A DNA stretch of 42,376 nucleotides from Podarcis melisellensis (taxonomy: Eukaryota), in the NCBI GenBank assembly GCA_964234715.1, contig OZ174284.1; one strand, given 5' to 3'. Shown in pieces: positions 23,006 through 33,031 of this stretch (position 1 is the first letter of the stretch; every line of letters starts with the position of its first letter). The notes beneath the pieces were generated by a model. That model worked only from the letters and a program-made list of their open reading frames with translations, did not search any database and was not told the DNA's origin. Made by a program: the position numbers and the translations under genes.

Positions 23006-23591
23006 CTCCATTCAACTTTAGGGGTTCCAGTAACATACCTTGATGTTCACTAATCTGAATCTGACTTCTGAGATAGATTTCACAGATCACAGAATGAGGG
23101 ACTGAAATCCAGCTTTCTTTTCCCTCTCTGTCTCTCTCTTGGCCTGAGGCTGGAGGATGAGATGCAATCCAAAGAGCCGTATTTTCAAGGCTGAGATGTG
23201 CTGGGCCTATTTCAAAGCCACCTCCCCCCCCCCCAGATGTGTGGGATTTACCAGTTACTCAGCAGGAGGGAAATGTCACTCTGATACATGCTTCAAAACC
23301 TTTTGATTTTTTTATTGGCTAAATGTTCTGGTAAGCCAGATTCTGACAGCAAATAATGCTATATCCTGCCTTAAATTAATTTCAAGTATGTAAGATTTAC
23401 TGGTTAGTAAGCAGTGGGGCAGGGAATACTCTGCATATGCCTGAAAGGTCTTTTTTTTACCCTTTATTATTGCTCTGAATTTTCTAGTAAACATGTGCCA
23501 TTGAAACCAGGTTCTTATAGTAAATTAAGCTCTTTCTCACACCAACAAGGATTCTAATGAGAGGCTAGTCTGGTACATAATGGGTGGAGAG

Positions 23592-24402
23592 AAAGCGTGT
23601 TCTCCTTCATGGAGAGCACGTGTTGCGGTGGGGGCCGCCAGGACACTCCAAAGTTGGGGGCGGGCTAACTGATCATTGGCCACTGATGCGATTGGGGCTT
23701 CCCTTGTTGTTGGGAAGAAATTAATGTTGCCATTTATTGATTGACAGCCAGAAATGCTAAAACTCCTTGCGCGAGGCTAGGGCTTCCTCTTTTCGCCCGT
23801 GCAGCGGATTGCCCGTCCCTCCCTCCCTAGAATAAGGTTGTTCGCTTTGACCTTGCTATGCCTGTCATGGGGTCGTCTGCCGTTGGGGCAAGGGCCTGGT
23901 AGGAATTTTGTCCATCTGGCTGATTGGCTGGGGCCATTTGGTTTTTGCCTACTGCATAGCAAATCGTCACAACTTGTAAGGTTCGCGGTCAGGCATTGGT
24001 TTATGGTTTGGTTGGTTGAGGGGCATGGATTGGCTGTGCCTGCCCTCTAATGCTGCTGCTGCAAGGGATTCCGTTAAAGGAATTGGGGGCTAACTATTGC
24101 TTGTCCACTCTGTCAAGGGGGCTCGGGCCATAGCAATGAGCTCCTGGTTGCATTTGGGGTGAGGGCAGGTTCCCTGCTCCGCGTAACCTCCACGTGTATT
24201 CCCCCATTTTGACTTTCGCATCATGCGGAATGTCAGTCTGTCCCCCATGGTGGGGGCAGATAGTCGCAACCAATGCCTAAGCAACCACTCACAAATTTGT
24301 ATTTTAATAAAGTTGTGGCCAAAATTATGCCAAAAACCTTAAACAAAAATTCTGTGTGATGTGTGAGTTATTGGGGTGGACCTGGGGACCTCGACACGCA
24401 AA
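23592..24402 (+). mobile_element. ~800-bp LTR-like / putative YR (DIRS/Ngaro-type) solo element, copy B (uninterrupted)
   Basis: Homologous end to end with copy A. Bounded by aaa|gcgtgt ... acacgc|aaa; 5' hairpin at 23595-23621; aataaa at 24306; no coding capacity; no TG...CA ends. Confidence 0.8.
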
Positions 24403-27400
24403 GGGAGTTCAATTTCTCCCAACCTTTCTTCCTCGGACTCAAGCAATGGATTGAGCACTGCCTAAAGATGGCGTTATATTGCAGGAAGAGGTTTCAGATT
24501 TGGAACTCAAGTATGGAGACAGCTCTTCAAACAAGATTGCAAGGGAATGTCAGTTCTTTCTTTGATCTCAACTTTAACAAGCAATCTAAACAGACACCAC
24601 TTTTTTTTCTTACAAGAAAGCTTTCAAAAGTTTACATTCTCAAGAATATCAGTAAGTTGAAGACATACTTTTCCTTCTTTCTTGTTTCTGAAATACACGT
24701 GCTCCTTTTTCTATAATGAACATGGCTACACTTCTAAACACATCTGGGAATTAGTCCCATGGAACTAAATGAGGTTAACTTCCAAGTAGACATGTAGTGA
24801 ACCACACTGTAAATGTTCTATACTTGAAAATGCAAGCCTTACCATTCCATAAAAAAGCTATTCTCATCACAACAGGAAGAAGAGGGTTTCCAGATTCATA
24901 TCTATATTCATATGCTGTGCACTGGAACACTACAGCATTTCTCAAATGCCTCTAACAATCCATCTGTTTGCTCAGGGCTTCTGATCTGAGAGGCAATACA
25001 GAGATACAGAGCACTTAAAGAGATAGAAACCCCAGATTGAGCCTCTTGTCCTCATTCTGTCCATGCACTTCAAAGAGAGTGAATTCTGAGGTGTCGAATT
25101 TAAACAGACTTTCATGTGAATTAGAGGTCATCAAAAGTTCTCCTTTGAGCCTCCCAAGTTTGCACATATTGTTTTATTGCTAGATTAAAAAATCCTGAAG
25201 CTGCGACCAGGACTCATTCTGAACTGCTTCACTTCATGACTGGTTTTTCATTCCCCCCCCCCAAAAAAATAATAATAATAATAATTAGGCCTATAAAATG
25301 ATGCCAGCAAAGGGGAACGTGTGATCAGCCCCAGCCAGCATAATGAGGAGCTGGCCTAATGTGAGTTGTAGGCCAGCAAAATCTGGACAGTCACACCTTC
25401 CTCACCTCTTCTCCAAGCCTTCTTAGCTCCACAGAGAGCTATGTTGAATAAAGTTAGGAGAGCAGCCCAGAAGGAAAGTTTCTCAGTAGGAAAGCAGCCA
25501 AAAGTCTGGGATAAGGACCACAAAGAATTCAAAACATTGACAAGCCAAAGTGATGGCCTCAAGAGATTGCTGTGCCGTGGAGATGGGAGTGCGGTTAAGA
25601 ATTTATGAAGCCTGAATGCTCAATAGATGGGAAACTAAAGATCTAAACTATGGTTTGCCTATTGTATGTTTGGCAATTTCAAAAGCGTTGTGCTAGAGTT
25701 TTCACTATGCTTAGCACAGATCATGTTTTGGTATGATGTTCTGTGAGGTTCAATGTTCTGCATTGAGATCATAAATTGTTACCTGTGTATAATGTACAAT
25801 GCTCTCAAGTTAATAATAGAGAGAAAGAGATGGGTCCTTTAAGAATTGAGTTTTTCTATTCAGCACTAGAACAAAGGTTATAGGTACTGCAGCAAATGCT
25901 GCTTCAGAGGCTCAGGTTGAAGAGAGCTACCAGGTCCTGGTGTTCACTGTTCCCTCAGGTTTAGCCAAGGATGGTGATGTAGATGATGATATAAATTTGT
26001 ATGCCGCCCTTCATCTGAAGATCATCCATGAAGTTATGCTGGCTGGGGCTAATGAGAGTCGAAGTCCACAACATCTGGAGATCAGTATTAGCTACCCTTG
26101 AAACAGACTATGAGGACCTGTTCACTGAGACTCTGCAAGGGATAGGTTTCTTGATTCTATACCACACCTGATTTCCACAAGAGAGGGGACAACTTAAAAA
26201 CATGCCTTCTACTGGAAGCCCTTGACCTCTGTCCTCAGATGTGTAGCTTGAATTGTTGTTGATCACATGATCTGAGGCACTCTCTGCGTTATTCTTCCAC
26301 AGCTCCATCAAGGAATAAGCCATCGGGTCATATATTAGGCTGTGATTGAGTTTACTGTCTCCAACAACCTATGTATAACAAGGCATGCTTAACTCGCATT
26401 GAAATCAGTGCTATTAGGGCCTGTCAGGATTGTGTACATATGGCACCCAAGTCTATGGCAGCACTGTTGTTTATCAATTTCAAATGTCTTGTTCATGCAA
26501 AACATGAACAAGCAAAACATGAACAAAACATGTTCATGCAAAACAGTTTCTTCCAGTTCTATTAGCAAATTCCCTGTTCTAAAACTGATTTGAGATGGCA
26601 TGCCTAGGCCAGAAAAGAGCTAGATAAAAATGTCACCTTTCACGCTTTAAACTATTAAGAAGGAAATGTAGCTATTGTGTTGATTAAGGTTTTATCTGTC
26701 ACCATAATGTTTCTTTTCTATGAAAGAGAAATGTTTTTATGCTCCATCGGAGCATGTCAATGGAGCCTTCAACCACTAGCAAATGCCACAATGCAGAATG
26801 TAACGTTCCTGCCCAGTCTGTTCAGAATGCAGCAATAGGAGAGAGAACACAAGCCTAGCCTCTAGCCACGGAAAAGGCAAAGTTCATGATGAAGCAGTTT
26901 CCAGAGGGGAGGCCATGTTTGATGTTTTTGTGGCAAGTCTAAGAGTCCAGTGGCCCCTTAGACTAAAGGAGTTGAAATGAAAAGTGCCACAATATTCTTG
27001 GTTGTTTTCCATTAAAAAGGTTAGGCTAGACTCCTGCAGCAGATGTACTTGCTATCAGTAAATTGACATGTGGTGAGGATTCATTAATTACTGACATCAT
27101 TATTATTATTAGTAGAAGTAATTCAATTTCTTACCTATCCTTCAGCATAAGGTCCAATAGTGGGTTACAGAAATTTAAAAATACAATATTAAAAACAGTT
27201 CAGTACAAATCAGTCACATGGTTATAGTTGTTGGGATACTGCCAGGGAGATATGGCCCATCATGGCCCCCACGTCACCTCCGGACGTCCATTGATCTCCC
27301 GTAGATACAGTATCAGCAATTAGCGACACGAGCTCCAGAAAATTGCTTGCCACATTCCAGAACTGATGCACGCTCTATCAGCAGAATTTGCACAGCGAAA

Positions 27401-28761
27401 GTTGCACGCAGGAGAGTATCATTTAGAAGTTTATTCAGCGTTGGACAGAACAAAGAAAGACATGACTGCCTGCTTCGGTATGCTCAGGCACAGAGAGAGA
27501 GAAACAAAAGCAATAGAAAACATAAACATCCTGTGAACAGGAACTACGCAGACTCTGTGACTCACAAAGCCTGCTCCCTTTTAAGGTGGAACGGAAATAT
27601 CCTAACAATAGTGTGGCTTAAAAATATACATCTCAAGAGGTGTGTCTTCAGCATATAATGAAAACTATATAATGAAGGTTTCCATCTTATCAAAGCATGA
27701 GCCATGCCTTTGCCCATGCAAACAATGTTATATTATTTTCAAGTATTTTCTTAGTTGTGCATCACAATTATGTGGTCACTGACCATAATGAGTGACTGGG
27801 CATTTCTAAACCTCATTTCTATGCTGTACATGCTAAGAATGGAATAGACATGTTGCAATCCTTATTGCATTCGAACAGTTTAAAAGAAATCCTGAAAATG
27901 ACATGAAATTTTAAATTTTTCCCACCTACTAAGATATTAAGGGAAAGACAGCTAATGTATTACTGAAACATAATGAAGAAAATCAAGCCATCACTGCTCA
28001 TTTAATCTGAGTGATCAATAGACTTGCACCTTGACTTCAGTCTAATCAGTCCTCCTTGATTCCAGTTATTTTAAAACACTATTTACAAAAATAGCACCAT
28101 AATTGAGTCTAATCATGGTTTTTAAGAATCTAGGCTTAGGATGATGTTCCCAAAGCTCTTTAGGTTTAGTCTCGTTTGCCTTTTTTATTTCCTTCCCAAA
28201 CTTCTAGAGTTAGCATGGGGTAACTGGAAAACTCATCTGATTCTTTTCACAGTATTTGTTTCTACACAAGGCAATAGACTGACTATTTAGCACTGCAGAT
28301 AAGATGATCCCAGAGAACTGAAAGTGTAGACAGGGCAATCTCAGAGAAGTGGACAAAGTGAAAAGGCAAGTACCAGGCAATTGAGAAATGGCAGTTTAAG
28401 CATCAGCAGACTAGGGAGATGAGACCTGAAAAGGCCTTTGCAATAGGTATGGAACATCACAAGCAAATTCCAGAAAGTGGTATGAAAGGTCGGAAATGTG
28501 ATGGGAGAAGCATGTTTCCTGCTTCTGTGCTGTTGCCAAAGAAAAATCCAAGGGTCATAGCCAGTGTTGGTGCTACTCAAAATAAACCCATTGAAATTAA
28601 TGGACATGACTAACTCAGGTCCACTAATTACAATGAGTGTACTTTGAGTTGTTGACAACAACCCCAAATTCATCAGAAGAAGTTATGGTCATATATATAT
28701 ATATATATATATATGCAGGTTTTGGTGTCCTCGGGTGTCTTCCCGTGTAAAAGTTGGGGTG

Positions 28762-28807
28762 TCTAGGCGACGTTTCGACGAGGTCTCACTCGTCATCTTC
28801 AGGCTGG
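28762..28807 (-). ncRNA. Minimal type I hammerhead ribozyme (GUC cleavage triplet)
   Basis: ccagc-CTGAAGA-t-GACGAG-tgagac-CTCGTC-GAAA-CG-TC-gcctag: full catalytic core, 6-bp stem II, palindromic ACGT stem III; stem I is short. Confidence 0.85.
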
Positions 28808-29837
28808 TGCTTTCGGCTTCTTGTTACTGGAACAGAGCAGGATCTCAGTGTTTGAGTTCCTATAAATACTGTTGAGGGGGTGTGGTGTATAGCCTCCAAT
28901 GTTCTGGGCAGAGAGGAAGTTCTCAGGCTAGTGTGCCTTTTCTTCTTTTGTTCCTTAATTACTTGAGGGATATCTTGAGTGATTTCTTGAGTGATATCCT
29001 GAGTACCACTTAGGTGGGTCATTAGGTGTGGATTAGTTGCTAAAGTCTTTGTGTCTTGACCTCTTGAACTTTGTGAAGAGTTTTTCTGAGAAGATGGCTG
29101 TACTGCACTTAGTTGTGCTCTGGCTTGGCTTCGTGTATAGGGGCGAGTTGTGGTTTTGTGGCCTGTGTCAGCCAGATCTGTGTAGGGATTGCAGGGGGGT
29201 GCAGCATCCGGAGGTGCCACCATGGTTTGGCTACTGGATGGTGTCTGTAATTTATCTGTGGAGAGGGTCTGGGTTTGGGTCTGGTGTGGTTGATTGGTGA
29301 TGGCGTTCTGTGTGCCTCTGGATCTGGTGTCAGTTTTTGTGGGGAGGGCTAATTTCCAGATGTCTGGCAAGCGGGATGTGTCGTCACGCTTGTTCATGTT
29401 GTGAGGGTGTTTCTCTATCTCGATGGCTTCCATGATTATTCTCTTGTGGTGATGTTCCATGTTAAAGAGCAATTTGGAATCTGCAAAATTAATTTCGTGT
29501 CCTGTTTCTTTCATGTGTTGGAAAAGAGAGGAAGTTTTTTCTTCTTTTTTGACGGCATTCTTGTGTTCTGCGATACGTGCATTTATTCGTCTGTTTGTTT
29601 GTCCAATGTACGTGGCTGGGCAGACTTTGCAGGGTATTTCATAGACCCCTTGGTTTTCCAACTGGATTTTATCCTTGGGGTTTCTGAGGATATTGGCTAT
29701 TTTTTGGTTGGTGCAAAAGGCTGTTTTGATATTGTGTTTATGGAGGATTTTGCTAATTTTATCTGTAGTGCCCTTGATATAAGGAAGGAGGGCCATGCCA
29801 TTGTTTTCTTCTGTGTCTTGGTTTTTGGGGGGTGTTT
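28786..29837 (-). CDS. Penelope-like polyprotein C-terminal part: RT thumb end, GIY-YIG endonuclease and long T/Q/S-rich tail (open frame, N-terminally truncated)
   Basis: LPYIKGTTDKISKILHKHNIK; GVYEIPCKVCPATYIGQT...RIAEH...HMKETGH...EAIEI...N..D...IW. The first ~9 codons of the listed ORF come from the inverted arm. Confidence 0.9.
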
Positions 29838-30170
29838 CTATACACGAAGCCAAGCCAGAGCACAACTAAGTGCAGTACAGCCATCTTCTCAGAAAAACTC
29901 TTCACAAAGTTCAAGAGGTCAAGACACAAAGACTTTAGCAACTAATCCACACCTAATGACCCACCTAAGTGGTACTCAGGATACCACTCAAGAAATCACT
30001 CAAGATATCCCTCAAGTAATTAAGGAACAAAAGAAGAAAAGGCACACTAGCCTGAGAACTTCCTCTCTGCCCAGAACATTGGAGGCTATACACCACACCC
30101 CCTCAACAGTATTTATAGGAACTCAAACACTGAGATCCTGCTCTGTTCCAGTAACAAGAAGCCGAAAGCA

Positions 30171-30216
30171 CCAGCCTGAAGATGACGAGTGAGACCTCGT
30201 CGAAACGTTGCCTAGA
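30171..30216 (+). ncRNA. Minimal type I hammerhead ribozyme, second copy (GUU triplet)
   Basis: ccagcCTGAAGAtGACGAGtgagacCTCGTCGAAACGTTgcctag; one C>T change at the cleavage-site base (30209). Confidence 0.8.
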
Positions 30217-30260
30217 CACCCCAACTTTTACACGGGAAGACACCCGAGGACACCAAAACC

Positions 30261-30315
<55 letters not shown>

Positions 30316-30317
<2 letters not shown>

Positions 30318-31064
30318 TTCAAAATTACAATATAACATATGTCAAAATTCACCAAACCCAATTATCCCTTCCTCCCTCCCCCAACTTCCCTCAACCTCAT
30401 TTTCTGGTTTATTTTAACACAATGTCAATTCCTGCTTATTTCCTTTCCATTCATTTTTTCTATTTAATCTTATAACTTATATAAATTTTATTATTTGTAA
30501 ATGTTTACTCAAAACCTGCTAATGAGTCCAATTCCTTGCGTTGTTTCTGTAAATAAGCCATAAATGGTTCCCAGTCTTCTTTAAAGGATTTTTTGTCCTT
30601 ATTTCGTAATCTGTCAGTTAGTTTGCCATTTCAGCATATTCTGTAAGTTTTTCTTGCCATTCTTATTTCGTTGGTATTTTATTGCTTTTCCATCTTTGTG
30701 CCAACAACATCCTTGCCGCCGTTGTAGCATACATAAAAAGTCTGTGTTTTCCCCTTAGTAAATCTTGACCTAATATTCCTAACAAAAAAGGCTTCTGGGT
30801 TTTTTTTACAAAAGTTATCTTAAACATTGTTTTCATTTGATTATATATATTTTCCCAATAATTTTAACTACTTTACAATTCCACCATAAATGATAAAAAG
30901 TGCCTTCCTTCTCTTTACATTTCCAACACTTATTGGAGCTTGATCTGCACATTTTTGCTATTTTCACTGGTGTGATATACCACCAGTACATCATTTACAT
31001 ATAATTATCTTCTAATAGTATACAGTCGGTAAATTTCAAATTTACCCTCCATAATTTCATCCAT
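30316..31064 (-). mobile_element. L1-clade LINE 3' fragment (ORF2 C-terminal CCHC region and 3' UTR), degraded
   Basis: Minus translation ...[41 protein letters not shown]..., the L1-type CX2CX7HX4C knuckle (~30875-30930), with stops nearby. Confidence 0.85.
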
Positions 31065-31075
31065 AAGGTGTGGTC

Positions 31076-31320
31076 TTCATCAGCTTGGATAGCTTTAAAA
31101 GATAATAGGACAAATTCATGGAGGATCAGGATGCCAGTGGCTACTGGCCAAAATGGGTATGTTCAACTTCCACTGTGAGAGGCAAGTGAATCACCAGTTG
31201 GCAGGAATTGCAGATGGAGAGATCATGAGGTCTTGCTTGTGGGTTTTCCATAAGCATCTGACTGGCAACTATGGTAACTGGATTAAATGGGGCTTTAGGC
31301 TGACCCAGCAAGACTCTTTC
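31076..31320 (+). mobile_element. CR1 3' end fragment
   Basis: ttggatagctttaaaa...gacaaattcatggagga...cagtggctact is homologous to 580-640. Confidence 0.7.
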
Positions 31321-31352
31321 AAAGGACTATTTCCAAGACTAATGGATGAGAT

Positions 31353-31686
31353 TGTTGTTGTTGTTCAGTCATGTCTGACTCTTTGTGACCCCATGGACCA
31401 GAGCACGCCAGGCACTCCTGTCTTCCACTGCCTCCTACAACTTGATCAAACTCATGCTGGTAGCTTTGAGAACACTATCCAACCATCTCGTCCTCTGTCG
31501 TCCCCTTCTCCTTGTGCCCTCCATCTTTCCCAACATCAGGGTCTTTTCCAGGGAGTCTTCTCTTCTCATGAGGTGGCCAAAGTATTGGAGCCTCAGCTTC
31601 AGGATCTGTGAGCACTCAGGGCTGATTTCCTTAAGAATGGATAGATTTGATGTGCTTGCCGTCCCTAGGACTCTCAAGAGTCTCTT
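31353..31686 (-). mobile_element. RTE-BovB LINE 3' fragment
   Basis: SNLSILKEISPECS..ILKLRLQYFGHLMRREDSLEKTLMLGKMEG; (ttg)n tail on plus; TSD atggatgagat (31342-31352) / atgcatgagat (31687-31697). Confidence 0.93.
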
Positions 31687-32183
31687 ATGCATGAGATAAG
31701 TGACCCCAAATCTAGAGAGGACCCCCAATACATCGTTGTTGTGCTGCGAAACGTTTCCACTAACACCTGCACAATAGTTAATGGAATAGCCTTAATGTGT
31801 TTTCTTCTCCCAGTCACAATTCTTTGGCTCTGAGCCAAAGTTTTGATTGTCTGCACCAAAGAATGATAGGGGGTGGTATATTCTTTAATTTTCACCACTT
31901 CAAACCAATTTTAATTGCATGGCTCTTATCTAATACCTGAGAGTCCTATAATCAAATTTTACAGAGTTATCTTTAGAACATATTTTTGCAACTTGGGCAT
32001 TTGGACAAGTTTTCAAGTGCATAGATTCAGTACTAGAGGGACACACCATCTTGATTACTGACACGTCGGTATAAGCTTATCACCAAAAGGCTTTATTAAT
32101 AATATGCAGCATTTCTACAACATTTTGGAGTGTTTATTCTCTCAGTAGTTGTGACAACAAACCTGTAGGGTGGGGCAGCACTA

Positions 32184-32414
32184 CAGTGGTACCTCTGGTT
32201 ACGTACTTAATTCATTCTGGAGGTCCATTCTTAACCTGAAACTGCTCTTAACCTGAAGCACCACTTTAGCTAATGTGGCCTCCCGCTGCTGCCGCACGAT
32301 TTCTGTTCTCATCCTGAAGCAAAGTTCTTAACCCGAGGTACTATTTCTGGGTTATCAGAGTCTGTAACCTGAAGCGTATGTAACCTGAAGCGTATGTAAC
32401 CCAAGCTACCACTG
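32184..32414. mobile_element. Tc1/mariner-superfamily MITE
   Basis: TIRs cagtggtacct / agctaccactg with flanking TA; same family as 20919-21160. Confidence 0.9.
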
Positions 32415-32647
32415 TATCATATCCAGATTGCAAATAGGGAGAGAGCTGAGAGAACAGTGACTTGCTTGATGATGAGACTGAACCCAGATTTTGGTTTCCA
32501 GAGCATTCCTACCCATTAGAGAGTTCTAAGAGGTTTGTTGGGTTATTATGTTATGAGTAGACATAATTACTTACAATAAGAAAGACAGTCAAATGAAAAA
32601 TGTGAGCTTGAACACCACCATTTGTGGCGGTGGAGGAATCTCAGTCA

Positions 32648-32930
32648 TCCAATGAAGCCAAATGGTGGGAGATTCAGGACAGACGAAAAGAAGTTCTTCT
32701 TCACTTAGCACATGCTTCAACTATGGAACTCACTTCCATGGCTACTAGTCATGATATGTATATACTGCTTCCAGGATCAGAGGCAACATATTATTGGGGA
32801 ACAACAGCAGAATATTATAGCCCTCAAGTTCTGCTTGAGGACTTATCATAGGCATCTGACTGACCACTGTGGAAAAGAGGATGCTCGACTAGATAAGCCT
32901 TTGATCCAGCAGGGCTCTTGTTATGTTCTT
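32648..32930 (+). mobile_element. CR1 3' end fragment (internally deleted)
   Basis: ccaatgaagccaaatggtgggagattcaggacagac...ctatggaactcact...ggatgctcgactagat, tail cttgttatgttctta. Confidence 0.7.
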
Positions 32931-33017
32931 ACCGCCATCTCATTTATGCGCTGGTTGCCCATGACCCTTGCCCTCCTCCACTCCCACACAGACGCTAACT
33001 CATATTCATTCCTTCTC

Positions 33018-33031
33018 TTTGCCATGGCAAC
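33018..33031. promoter_or_regulatory. RFX X-box-like palindrome
   Basis: tTTGCCATGGCAAC matches GTTGCCATGGCAAC at 13 of 14 positions, in repeat-free CpG-retaining sequence. Confidence 0.4.

Larger units (their letters stand above)
28715..30263 (-). mobile_element. Penelope-like retroelement, 5'-truncated, with inverted pseudo-LTR, inserted in (TA)n
   Basis: GIY-YIG ORF on minus; inverted arms 28715-29140 and 29838-30263 (426 bp each); TA runs on both sides (28691-28714, 30264-30315). Confidence 0.95.

Noticed and set aside
28550-28665. Short imperfect palindromes (also ~9978-10030, 10700-10770, 11625-11662, 24745-24810) as miRNA hairpins
   Set aside because: They recur as a dispersed family and fit decayed palindromic MITEs; boundaries are too uncertain to annotate.
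29401-30192. 263-aa plus-strand ORF
   Set aside because: A chimera of antisense PLE sequence and the inverted arm, which repeats the same C-terminal residues; not an independent gene.
28715-30263. DNA transposon with long TIRs and TA TSD
   Set aside because: The encoded protein is a PLE GIY-YIG/RT thumb, not a DDE transposase, and the arms are a duplicated 3' end.
30182-30475. IYIYIY ORFs (also the LSIY ORFs at 41683-41949)
   Set aside because: Translations of (TA)n and (GATA)n microsatellites.
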